NCBI GenBank assembly: GCA_041640655.1
Contig: JBEPZV010000005.1
Location: forward strand, 46,499-110,498
Length of the DNA: 64,000 nt
Direction: 5' to 3'
DNA from: a bacterium
Lineage (GTDB): Bacteria > Acidobacteriota > Blastocatellia > HR10
Each line of letters starts with the position of its first letter. The stretch's first letter is position 1. The notes under the pieces are model-generated. The model saw nothing but the letters and a program-made list of their open reading frames with translations. It was not told where the DNA came from and did not search any database. Shown piece by piece: positions 1 to 9,034 of this stretch. The translations under genes were made by a program, and so were the position numbers.

Positions 1-274
1 TCCGGGATTATGTTCGCCTTGTTTCGCGCCTTCATCGGAACATAGTCGCTTCGTCTCCGAATTGAGGCCGTCCCCCGTATGGGCGAAGCGTGGACCTTGG
101 CGCTCACGTGAACGTGATCTCGTGCGAGGAGTGCACAGCAACTTGCAGGGCCTCATCTGGCGTGGCCCAGTGGTTGCGCCTGTTGGTATGCTCCCAAGCA
201 GGGAGCTGAGGCGAGCACCGGCGCAGGAAATCCGCAGTGGCTGGCGCTCTTTGTCGCCGAGAGGGAGGTGAGGG

Positions 275-757
275 ATGGCGCGACGTCATGAGAGCCTGAT
301 CCCGCTCTCGCATGGGCACCATCACGGACTGGTCCTGAGCCTTCGCGTGAAGCGCGCATTCGCTCGCGGCTCGCCCGATGCGGAAGGACTCCGGGAGCTG
401 ACGCGCGCGGTCGTCGCCTTCTTCGAGAGTGATCTTGTGCCGCACTTCGCTGCCGAGGAGGAGGGGCTCTTCCCCATTATGGAGGCGAACCTTGGACGCC
501 TCGCGCTCATTGAGGAATTGCGCGAGGAACACAGCCGCTTCCGCGCCTGGGTCGAAGAGTTGCGCCGCTCGATGGAGACTGCTTCTTCAGCGGAGGCGCT
601 TCAGGCCTTCGGTGCGCTTCTTCACGATCATATTCGGAAGGAGGAGCGGGTCTTGTTCCCGATCTTCGAGCAGCGAATGCCACCGGAGGAGGCCCGACGA
701 GCAGGCGAAGCGATCGCGGGGCGGTTGGCCATCCTCTCCCCACGCGATGGGGGATGA
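275..757 (+). CDS. Hemerythrin (HHE cation-binding) domain protein
   Basis: H...HxxxEE (HFAAEE)...H...HxxxEE (HIRKEE) pattern, each followed closely by LFP; GGAGG-type RBS upstream. Confidence 0.85.
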   Translation: MARRHESLIPLSHGHHHGLVLSLRVKRAFARGSPDAEGLRELTRAVVAFFESDLVPHFAAEEEGLFPIMEANLGRLALIEELREEHSRFRAWVEELRRSMETASSAEALQAFGALLHDHIRKEERVLFPIFEQRMPPEEARRAGEAIAGRLAILSPRDGG

Positions 758-777
758 CGTCTGGCCACCGCTCGATG

Positions 778-783
778 TATAAT
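778..783 (+). promoter_or_regulatory. Putative sigma70 -10 box for the DUF559 gene
   Basis: Perfect TATAAT ending 10 nt before ATG 794; no clear -35 or RBS. Confidence 0.4.
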
Positions 784-793
784 GGCGGCGTCT

Positions 794-1576
794 ATGCCGA
801 GGCCGACGCCGAGACGCGATGTGCTCGTCGCCATCATGAACAATCGGCGCGACTTGGAGATCGCGCGCCTGCAGCATTGGTATCGCATCCCCGTTCGGAG
901 CGCGCCCAAGAACATCGAGGAGGCTCAGTGGCTCGCCTTCTATCAAACGGCGGCGTTCGGCGAGGAGCGCTGGGCCATTCGTTATTACGCGCCGATCCTC
1001 GGGCGCTCGATCGTGAAACGGCGGGAGCTGTTCCCCGATCAGCCGGATCATCCTCGGGCGGAGCATGAATATTACAAGCTGGAGCTTGGAGAGCTTCGAT
1101 GCCTGGAACGTCCGATCATCAGTCGGCGCGGACGCCGCATCGTCTTCATCCCGACGACGTGGGAGAAGTTCTGCCGTGCTGAGGAGATCAATGATCTTTT
1201 TCACGAGAGCCCGCTCGAAGACGCGCTCTATGCGGCGCTGAAGCGGCATCGGATCGAGAGTGAGCGTCAGTTCTTCGTCCGCATCGGGGACGCGCGCTAC
1301 TGCCTGGACTTCGCCATCTTCTGCCGTCGGGGGAACATCGACGTCGAGTGCGATGGCGACGCGTGGCATTCGGATCCAAAGGTCCTTCATCGAGATCGGC
1401 AGCGCAATAATGTGCTGACGAGCGCCGGATGGGCGGTCCTGCGCTTCGGGAGTCGCGAGCTGAGCGTCCAGATGAGGACTTGCCTTCACCTGATCCGCGC
1501 GACGATCCGCACACAAGGAGGGCTTCTGCGCGCCGAGGGCGCGCTCGCTGCCCGCACATCGCGGCGTTCCGCTTGA
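794..1576 (+). CDS. DUF559/Vsr-like endonuclease with extra N-terminal domain
   Basis: C-terminal ESPLE...LDFAIF...VECDGDAWH...DRQRNNVL..GWAVLRF matches DUF559; start 782 or 794. Confidence 0.8.
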   Translation: MPRPTPRRDVLVAIMNNRRDLEIARLQHWYRIPVRSAPKNIEEAQWLAFYQTAAFGEERWAIRYYAPILGRSIVKRRELFPDQPDHPRAEHEYYKLELGELRCLERPIISRRGRRIVFIPTTWEKFCRAEEINDLFHESPLEDALYAALKRHRIESERQFFVRIGDARYCLDFAIFCRRGNIDVECDGDAWHSDPKVLHRDRQRNNVLTSAGWAVLRFGSRELSVQMRTCLHLIRATIRTQGGLLRAEGALAARTSRRSA

Positions 1577-1578
1577 CC

Positions 1579-3789
1579 TCACCGGCGCTCAGGCTCTTCG
1601 GGCTTCGAGGCCTCCTCTCGCAACGTGTCCAGCAGGACCTTCCAATCGAGCCACGGTTCTTTCCCCTTGATCCACTTCTCGAACCACTGGAACTCGGCGA
1701 CCATCTTCACCAACTGATACCGCGGATTCGTCAGCGCGTGCGGCATGCCCGGATAGATGATGAATTCGGTCGGTACGCCCAGCTTCTTCAACGCCATGTG
1801 CAGTTCTTCACTCTGAGGGCGCGGCACGCGCGGGTCCGCTTCCCCCACATGGATCAGCGTCGGCGTCTTTGCGCGCGTGATGTACCGGATGGGCGAGACC
1901 GCGACATAGTGATCCCAGTTCTCGTACGGTCGCCCTTTGAAGTAGAACTCGCGGGGGACTTGCACGTCGGTCTGGGCGTACATGGAGATCCAATTCACGG
2001 CTCCGGCCCCTGTGGAGATCGCCTTGAAGCGATCGGTCTGCACGAGCGTCCAATTGGAGAAATGGCCGCCGGCGCTCCATCCCATCATGCCGAGCTTCTC
2101 CGGATCGGCGATGCCCCGCGCGATCAGTTCATCCACGCCGGTCATGATGTCCTCATATCCCTGCCGGAAATAGTCGCCCGCGATCTGCATCTTGAACCGC
2201 TCACCGTAGTTCGATGAGCCGCGATAGTTGGGTTGAAAGACGGCGTAGCCATTGGCCGCGAAGACGTGCACGTATGTGCCGTAGCTTCCCGAGAACGAAT
2301 TCATGTAAGCGGCTGCCGGCCCGCCATGCAGCTGGACGATGAGGGGATACCGCCGTCCGGGCTCATATCCGACCGGCTTGATGAGGAGACCCTCGACCAT
2401 CTGCCCGTCGGTACTCCTCCAGCGGATGGTCTCGTATTCCCCGAGGGCGATCTCCTCGATCTGCGGATTCGCGCGCGTCAGGCGCGTCCATTGGGATCGC
2501 TGCCCCACCTTGTCGAGCGTGGTGATGTAGAAGTCGGGCGGATTCTCTGGATCGGTGAAGGTCAACAGTACCCATCCGGTATCCTCATCGAACGTGGCCG
2601 AGAGAACGCCCGTCTCACGGGTGAGCTGCGTGACGCGCCCCGTCTCCACGGAGATGGCGAAGAGATGTGCGTTGACCCCAACGCCTTCGGTGAAGTAGAG
2701 CATTTTGCCGTCCCGACTCCAGAAGCCCAGGGAGACATCGCCGTCGAAATCGGTCTCCACCTCGCGCACCGGTCCTCCGCGCGCCGGCGCGAGATAAATG
2801 CGGAGATTGCGCATGTAGGTGAAATCATCGGGAGCCGTGAAGGCCAGCCATACGCCGTCGGGGGAGAAACTCATGGTCCCCTCGCTCACCCCGTTTCGCG
2901 TGAGCCGCTCGACGACACCGGTCGTCAGATCGAGCCGGTAGACCTCGGCCTCTTCGCCCGTCGCATATCGGGAGGTCGAAGCCCCGCGGAAGGCGATGGT
3001 GCGATGGTCCTTGGAGATCACGAAAGCGGCGACGCTATACTCCGAACCCGAGGTCCAGCGCCTCACGGCCTTGGTCTCGACATCTACGGCCCACAAGTGA
3101 GCCGGGGGCTTCGGCTGATCCACGAGGCGCACGTCGAACTTCTTCTCCCGCCGCTCCCGATCGAGCTTGTCCAAGAAGTCGGGCGAGGTGAAATAGATGA
3201 GCCGGCTGTCCGGGCTCCACTCCCATCGCAGGACACCCGTCTCATGCGTGGTCAGCGGAATGGGCCTCTCCGCATCGAAGCGAGCGGGCAAAAGCCACAA
3301 TTGGCGTTCGCCCTCCTTCCCGGCCGTGAAGGCCAGCCAGCGGCCATCGCGGCTGAAGGCGAAGCGCTCCACACCATCCTTGTGGTCTGTCACCCGGCGC
3401 GCTTCGCCGCCATCCGGGCGCATGACGTAAAGCTGCGTGTTCCCCTCGCGATCCGAGAGGAAGGCGAAGAATGTCCCATCGCGAGACCACGCGGGACTGT
3501 GCTCGTCCTTGTTCGTCGTGAAGGTCAGTTGGCGCGAGGGGCCGCCGGCGGTCGAGACGAGAAAGAGGTCGCGGAAGCGTTTGCCCTCCTTCCAATTGAG
3601 CGTCGTCACTGTGTAGAGCAGCCACTTTCCGTCTGGAGAGAGCGCCGGATCACCGACTGTGCGCAACTCCAGAACGTCCATGAACGTCATCCCGCGCTTC
3701 GGGCGCTGGGCCGCGGCGACGTGATTCATCACTACAAGCGGCATGCACCAGGCGAGAACCCAGGTGATTACCCGACGGTACTGCCCCAT
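1579..3789 (-). CDS. S9 family peptidase (acylaminoacyl/dipeptidyl peptidase-like), secreted
   Basis: Signal peptide, PD40/TolB-like propeller repeats (WSPDG-like), HGGP, NYRGS, GWSAGG nucleophile, DPRVP, C-terminal His; start moved to ATG 3789 by RBS. Confidence 0.92.
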   Translation of the reverse strand: MGQYRRVITWVLAWCMPLVVMNHVAAAQRPKRGMTFMDVLELRTVGDPALSPDGKWLLYTVTTLNWKEGKRFRDLFLVSTAGGPSRQLTFTTNKDEHSPAWSRDGTFFAFLSDREGNTQLYVMRPDGGEARRVTDHKDGVERFAFSRDGRWLAFTAGKEGERQLWLLPARFDAERPIPLTTHETGVLRWEWSPDSRLIYFTSPDFLDKLDRERREKKFDVRLVDQPKPPAHLWAVDVETKAVRRWTSGSEYSVAAFVISKDHRTIAFRGASTSRYATGEEAEVYRLDLTTGVVERLTRNGVSEGTMSFSPDGVWLAFTAPDDFTYMRNLRIYLAPARGGPVREVETDFDGDVSLGFWSRDGKMLYFTEGVGVNAHLFAISVETGRVTQLTRETGVLSATFDEDTGWVLLTFTDPENPPDFYITTLDKVGQRSQWTRLTRANPQIEEIALGEYETIRWRSTDGQMVEGLLIKPVGYEPGRRYPLIVQLHGGPAAAYMNSFSGSYGTYVHVFAANGYAVFQPNYRGSSNYGERFKMQIAGDYFRQGYEDIMTGVDELIARGIADPEKLGMMGWSAGGHFSNWTLVQTDRFKAISTGAGAVNWISMYAQTDVQVPREFYFKGRPYENWDHYVAVSPIRYITRAKTPTLIHVGEADPRVPRPQSEELHMALKKLGVPTEFIIYPGMPHALTNPRYQLVKMVAEFQWFEKWIKGKEPWLDWKVLLDTLREEASKPEEPERR

Positions 3790-3833
3790 AGGTCGTTCCC
3801 TCCCATGAGTCAAACTCCCCTGCGTTCCGCCAA

Positions 3834-3886
3834 ACCATAGAGTATCGCGGCGGGGCTTGTCAAAAGGCGAAACCGCTGCGTATAAT
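3834..3886. promoter_or_regulatory. Overlapping divergent sigma70-type promoters (peptidase / aminotransferase)
   Basis: Plus: TTGTCA 3857-3862, 18 bp, TATAAT 3881-3886. Minus: TTGACA 3863-3858, 18 bp, TATGGT 3839-3834. Confidence 0.55.
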
Positions 3887-4055
3887 CCCGCCGCATCTCG
3901 CGCGGAGGCGACCGATGTCGAGCCCACATCCGGCACAACAGGAGGGGATTCGCGGAGTTTGCCTGGTGCGGAATTATGGCCAGCGTAATGCGTCGCTCTG
4001 CAGCTGGTATCATCGCGGGTTCTCACGGGACAAAAGTGCGGGGTGAAGTGAGGAC

Positions 4056-5213
4056 ATGGCCTCTTATCGAATCCCGTTCAACAAACCCTCGCTCCTCGGA
4101 AACGAGCTGAACTATATGGCAGAAGCCGTCCGATTGCACCATATCTCCGGCGATGGGCACTATACGAGACGGTGTCAGGCTCTTCTCGAACAGGTGCTTC
4201 AGGCGCCGAGGGTTCTCCTCACCCCGTCGGGGACGCACGCCTTGGAGTTGATCGCCCTGTTGTTGGATGTTCGAGAGGGGGATGAGGTGATCGTTCCGTC
4301 CTTCACCTTCGTCTCCACGGCCAATGCGTTCGTCCTGCGGGGGGCGCGGCCCGTCTTCGCCGACATTCGCCCGGACACGCTCAATCTGGATGAGACCCAA
4401 CTCGAACGGCTCATCACGCCGCGCACGCGGGCCATCGTCGTCGTGCACTACGCGGGGGTGGGGTGCGAGATGGAGGCCATTCTGGAGATCGCCCGGCGTC
4501 ACGGCGTGGCTGTGGTCGAGGACAACGCGCACGGGTTGTTCGGCGCCTACAAGGGGAAGCCGCTCGGCACGTTCGGATGTCTGGCTGCCCTGAGCTTCCA
4601 CGAGACGAAGAACATCACCTGCGGCGAGGGTGGAGCGCTCATCATCAACGATCCGCAGTACATCGAGCGCGCGGAGATCATCCGGGAAAAAGGGACCGAC
4701 CGCGCGCGCTTCTTCCGGGGCGAAGTGGACAAGTACACCTGGGTTGATGTGGGATCGAGCTATCTCTTGTCGGACCTCTTGGCGGCATTCCTCTACGCGC
4801 AACTCGAAGTTCGCGAGCAGATTCAGGCTAAACGCCGTCGCATCTGGGAGTACTATGCCGAGCATTTGACGGAGTGGGCCGAGGCGCACGGCGTTCGGCT
4901 CCCCTATGTTCCGCCGCATTGTCAGCCATCGTATCACCTGTTCTATCTGCTCATGCCCTCGCTGGAGGAGCGGCAGGCGTTGATCGCGCACCTGAAGGCG
5001 CGCAGCATCCTGAGCGTCTTCCATTATCAACCATTGCATCTGTCAGAGATGGGCCGGCGTTTCGGGGGGCATCCCGGTCAATGCCCTGTCACAGAAGACG
5101 TCAGCGATCGCCTGCTTCGCCTGCCGTTCTATAACTCCATGACGGAGGAGGAGCTCGCGGCTGTTGTGTCGGCTCTCAAAGACTTCGACGGGTGGGCGAG
5201 GAGGACGAGTTGA
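4056..5213 (+). CDS. rffA: dTDP-4-amino-4,6-dideoxygalactose transaminase (DegT/DnrJ/EryC1/StrS family)
   Basis: IPFNKP, PSFTFVSTANAF, VHYAG, EDNAH, SFHETKN (PLP Lys), EKGTDR..F.RG.VDKYTWVD.GSSYL typical of RffA/WecE. Confidence 0.9.
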   Translation: MASYRIPFNKPSLLGNELNYMAEAVRLHHISGDGHYTRRCQALLEQVLQAPRVLLTPSGTHALELIALLLDVREGDEVIVPSFTFVSTANAFVLRGARPVFADIRPDTLNLDETQLERLITPRTRAIVVVHYAGVGCEMEAILEIARRHGVAVVEDNAHGLFGAYKGKPLGTFGCLAALSFHETKNITCGEGGALIINDPQYIERAEIIREKGTDRARFFRGEVDKYTWVDVGSSYLLSDLLAAFLYAQLEVREQIQAKRRRIWEYYAEHLTEWAEAHGVRLPYVPPHCQPSYHLFYLLMPSLEERQALIAHLKARSILSVFHYQPLHLSEMGRRFGGHPGQCPVTEDVSDRLLRLPFYNSMTEEELAAVVSALKDFDGWARRTS

Positions 5214-5365
5214 CCCCCTGGGATTCCTGATCTCGCGCGCCTGTGGAGGTGGCCTCTCCTTCGTTCCGGCGGTGACTCTTCCCGGTGGCTCCTGCCTCGC
5301 GGGGTTATCGGAACGGTCTATTTCCAGTACGAGTCCATGAGGAGCACTTTGCTCCCATCGGCCGT

Positions 5366-7471
5366 TCAGGGCGGAGAGACGAGCACTACCGGGATTTGAA
5401 TCATGTTGTTGTCTTCGTCCGTCTCCGCGACGCTTCGCTTCGAGTCGGCGGTGATGCGGATCGCGGCGGGTCCCGGAGGAACGGGGATGGGCAGCGGGAA
5501 ACCGGGGAGTTGAACGACCGGCGGGACAGAGAGCGTGACGAGGAAGGGGGCGAAGCGACCGCGACCCAGGCGTGGTGTCTCCACGGTTCGAAGAGGAGCG
5601 TGGAGTTGGAGGGGGAAGGGGCCGATGGTGATCGTGAACACCAGGCTGATCTCGTGCGTTGCCGGATCGGCCGTGCCTTCGCCCTGATTGGCGATGAGGA
5701 AAAAGAGCGCCGTCGGTGCGCCGATCACGAGCGTCGGGGGATCACCCGGAGCGAGGAAGCGCGCGGCTTCTACGACCAAATCAGGGAGCGGCGCCTTGAG
5801 CTGGATCGGGAATTCCACGGTGTTGTCCGCCTCGTTCGACTCGCGCACATCGCCGCGCGGGCGTTCATCAGTCGGCGGGTCCGCTTCCAGACGTACGAGC
5901 GCGGGGCCTGCCTCGGCTTGCGCGGGCACGCGCAGCGCGAAATCTGCGGGAGGGAATTCGGAGCGTCCCGCCTCAATCGGACGGCGCGTTCGAAACTCCG
6001 CCTGTGCGAGTTGTCGTCCGTTCTGGATCAACGCGGCGCGCACGCGCACACCGGCCGGAGCGGGAGCGCGATCGTGCGGATGATCCCGCACATTCGCGAT
6101 GCGGAACCGGAGGTTCACGCTTTGACCGAGCAGCACCTCCTGAGGGACGGAGACCTCGAGCAGGCGCAGGTTCGGCAGGTCTATGTGGAAACTCGCGCGC
6201 GGGGACTCTTCATCCGTGTCCGTCGTCGCTTCTTCGGAAACCCGCTCGATGTTGAACTGCACGATCGCTTCACCCTCCTCGACGTCCGGGGGAATGAGAA
6301 GCTGCGGCGTCGGAAGAGTCGAGGGTCCCTCAGACGCTTCTTGAGCAGCACCGATACGGAGGCTTCCTCCGCAGGGGGCGAGCGCAACGTTCGGCAATCG
6401 GATTGTGTCAGGCTCCACGCGCAACGGCGTCTCACCGGCGCGCGCGCTCAGGCGCACTTCGAGCATCGGGCTCGTCCCCTGTTGATTCCCGCGGTTGATG
6501 AGGGTGAAACCGAGGGCGGCCGTCTCTCCGGGGAGGACGGAATCCCCCGGCGCTCGATCCGGTGGGGCGATGCTGACGTCCTCCACCTTCACATCGGCGC
6601 CCGTGCCGATCACGAGGAAGCGGCGCTCGGCGAGCGCTTCCGGCTGCAGGAGGAAATCGAGGACTAAGCGTCGTCCAGGGATGAGCGTGGGCGTCGGGAC
6701 CTCCACGGGTTCCATCGAGCGGAGGCGTCGCCGTTCTCCGGCTGCGAGACGACCGAGTCGCAGGCGCCCGCTCGCCAGGAGGGTCTGAGACTCGCGCTCC
6801 CGCAGCTCATAGAGGAGTTGCGCATCGTCTACCGGATTGAAGGTCACGTTCTGAATTTCCAGCTCGAACCCGACGGCGGTCGCTCCCTGGCAATCGGGGA
6901 GCACCGTGGGGAAGACCGTGAGATTGCGCATACGGAGCCGGGCGACGGTGACCTCTTGTGCCGGTGAGAGGGGAAGAGAGACCCCGTGAGTGGAGCGTAC
7001 ATGAGCCAGTACGGCGAGACGCCGACGACCAACGGACAGCGCGCGCGAGCTGGCCACTCGGAAAGAGCGCGTCAGGAGACGTTGCCCGCGAGGGGCGATC
7101 GCTTCGGGGGCGATCTCCGAGGGCGCGGGTGCCTCCGGAGGGAGGATTTCGAGAACGGTCTCCCCATCGGGGCTCAGGACGAGGAGGTGAAGAGCTTCGA
7201 CCTGGACGGTTTCGTCTCGATCGTTCTGCAGCAGCACGCGCGCGGTCACCAGATCGCCGGGAGCGAGAATCCGGGGATGCAGGTCGCGAAGGTGCACGCG
7301 AAGTCCGATCGGAGCCGATTCGCCGAAGGTGACGACCGGGTCGTGCGTCGCGCTCACCGGGGGCGCGATGGCGTTCAGCAGGAGCGCCCAGAGAATGGTC
7401 AGGCGACCGAACGATCGTGCCGCTTGATCCCGCACGAGGGGAAACCTAGCGAGTTTCGCGCGCGCGCGCAA
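5366..7471 (-). CDS. Secreted CARDB/Ig-like domain protein
   Basis: Hydrophobic N-terminal segment; repeated LPNL/LPDL...N.G...ESNEADN / ETDEDNN CARDB-type motifs; start uncertain. Confidence 0.65.
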   Translation of the reverse strand: MRARAKLARFPLVRDQAARSFGRLTILWALLLNAIAPPVSATHDPVVTFGESAPIGLRVHLRDLHPRILAPGDLVTARVLLQNDRDETVQVEALHLLVLSPDGETVLEILPPEAPAPSEIAPEAIAPRGQRLLTRSFRVASSRALSVGRRRLAVLAHVRSTHGVSLPLSPAQEVTVARLRMRNLTVFPTVLPDCQGATAVGFELEIQNVTFNPVDDAQLLYELRERESQTLLASGRLRLGRLAAGERRRLRSMEPVEVPTPTLIPGRRLVLDFLLQPEALAERRFLVIGTGADVKVEDVSIAPPDRAPGDSVLPGETAALGFTLINRGNQQGTSPMLEVRLSARAGETPLRVEPDTIRLPNVALAPCGGSLRIGAAQEASEGPSTLPTPQLLIPPDVEEGEAIVQFNIERVSEEATTDTDEESPRASFHIDLPNLRLLEVSVPQEVLLGQSVNLRFRIANVRDHPHDRAPAPAGVRVRAALIQNGRQLAQAEFRTRRPIEAGRSEFPPADFALRVPAQAEAGPALVRLEADPPTDERPRGDVRESNEADNTVEFPIQLKAPLPDLVVEAARFLAPGDPPTLVIGAPTALFFLIANQGEGTADPATHEISLVFTITIGPFPLQLHAPLRTVETPRLGRGRFAPFLVTLSVPPVVQLPGFPLPIPVPPGPAAIRITADSKRSVAETDEDNNMIQIPVVLVSPP

Positions 7472-7523
7472 GGCGCGTCAGGAGAGATGAAATCCGCGGG
7501 CGCGTGATATGGGGAATAACGCA

Positions 7524-7558
7524 GATCCCTCGGCCATGAGCATCATCGCCGAGGGATC
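7524..7558 (-). terminator. Hairpin downstream of Spy-like gene, possible terminator
   Basis: Perfect 11-bp inverted repeat GATCCCTCGGC/GCCGAGGGATC; weak U tract. Confidence 0.35.
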
Positions 7559-7592
7559 GCCGCTCACGACAGGGCGTTCGTGACATCCCGAA

Positions 7593-8063
7593 CTATCGGG
7601 GAGGCCCGGGGAACCTATTGGCCCGAGCGCCCAGAAGGCCCCATCGGGGTCCACGCAGCGGTGGGCGCGTCTGCCGCCATTCGCTCAGCTTCTGCTTCTG
7701 CTCCGGCGTGAGCACGGCCTCGATGTCCGCGCGCAGCTTCTGATTCTTCTCTCGAAGTTGCCGTTGCAGCGCGCGACGTTCCAAGAGGAGTTGTCCGACG
7801 GTTGTGGCGTCGGGGTTCGGAGCCTCCAGAGCATTGCGCAGCTCATGCGTCTTCGCCCGCAGCTCCTGTTGCAGCGGGAAGACGTCGTTGCGGTGAGTTC
7901 TGATCAGCTCTTGAATCCGGGTGACTTGCTCGGGCGTGAGTCCGAGGCGCTCCCTCAAGCGCAGCACCTCGGCCGGGCGCTGTGCCCATGCGACCCCTCC
8001 TCCCCAGATCATGCCCAGGAGCACGAGCCCTGAGATCGCCATCAGTTTGCCTCGCATCATCAC
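7593..8063 (-). CDS. Spy/CpxP-family periplasmic protein (LTXXQ motif)
   Basis: Signal peptide (AWA), LGLTPEQ and VLTPEQ motifs; AGGAGG RBS. Confidence 0.85.
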   Translation of the reverse strand: MMMRGKLMAISGLVLLGMIWGGGVAWAQRPAEVLRLRERLGLTPEQVTRIQELIRTHRNDVFPLQQELRAKTHELRNALEAPNPDATTVGQLLLERRALQRQLREKNQKLRADIEAVLTPEQKQKLSEWRQTRPPLRGPRWGLLGARANRFPGPPR

Positions 8064-8287
8064 TTCCTCCTTTCCTCCGCGCCTTCCGAATTCATGGCGA
8101 GTCGGTCGCGCTTCCTCTTGCGACCGTTTCCACCTTTATAGGATGGGGCTGTGGCCGAAAAAGTTTGAAAATCCCATGTGTGCGGAGCGCCGATGTGGCG
8201 GGGGCGTCATTGGAGGTCATGGGGGAGCGGGGCTATACTCTCTGCTTTAAGCCCATGGTGTCAGACGGGGCGTGGGGAGGGGGACCG

Positions 8288-9034
8288 ATGGATGCGGTGA
8301 TCTTCGGAGGGATGGCAGCGCTCGCCAATATCGTGGGCGGATTCTGGGTGACGTGGCCGCGTCTGAGCGCGCGTCGCTCGCTGCTCTTGTACCCTCTGGC
8401 TTTGGGTGCCGGATTCCTCTTGGCCGCCGTCTTCCTGAAGGTGCTGCCGACCAGCCTGGATTTGGATCTCTGGCGAGGGCATTCCACCCCCCCGCTGATC
8501 CTGGTCTTGGCCGGATACTTGCTCATCCAATTGTTCGAGCACACGGTGGCGCCGCATTTTCATTTCGGAGAGGAGACGCATGTGGAGGCGCTCTCGGGGC
8601 GGCATGTCGTCTGGGCCGCAGTCGGGGGGGTGGCGCTTCACGCATTCTTTGACGGCGTCGCCATCGCCGCCGGATTTCATGTGGAGCATCGGTTGGGCGT
8701 GCTCCTCTTCATCGCCATCCTCTTGCACAAACTGCCGGAGGGGTTCACCGTCGCTTCGATCGTGCTCGCTTCGGGTCGCTCGCGCCGCGCCGCGCGATGG
8801 GCGAGCGCCACTGTGGCGGTGGCCACGCTCGTGGGCGTGCTCCTGGTCGGCGTCGCGCGCGGAGTGATCCCGTATGCCCTGCCCCTCTCGGCCGGCGTGA
8901 CGCTCTATGTCGCGGCCTCCGACCTGATCCCGGAGATCAATCGGGAGACGCGCAGCACGTCCTCGCTCGTTGTCTTCCTCGGCGTCGCGCTCTATTATAT
9001 GACCGAGAAGATGCTCGAGGCATTCGGCCTATGA
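8288..9034 (+). CDS. ZIP family metal transporter
   Basis: Multiple TM helices, PHFHFGEETH loop, LHAFFDG and LHKLPEG motifs, AASDLIPE. Confidence 0.9.
   Translation: MDAVIFGGMAALANIVGGFWVTWPRLSARRSLLLYPLALGAGFLLAAVFLKVLPTSLDLDLWRGHSTPPLILVLAGYLLIQLFEHTVAPHFHFGEETHVEALSGRHVVWAAVGGVALHAFFDGVAIAAGFHVEHRLGVLLFIAILLHKLPEGFTVASIVLASGRSRRAARWASATVAVATLVGVLLVGVARGVIPYALPLSAGVTLYVAASDLIPEINRETRSTSSLVVFLGVALYYMTEKMLEAFGL

Noticed and set aside
1..271. 69-aa ORF 62-271 or a gene start at the window edge
   Set aside because: No motif, RBS or compositional support
7472..7546. In-frame TGA just upstream of the CARDB ORF (possible readthrough or selenocysteine)
   Set aside because: The upstream 22 codons look non-coding, overlap a hairpin, and there is no redox motif or recognisable SECIS
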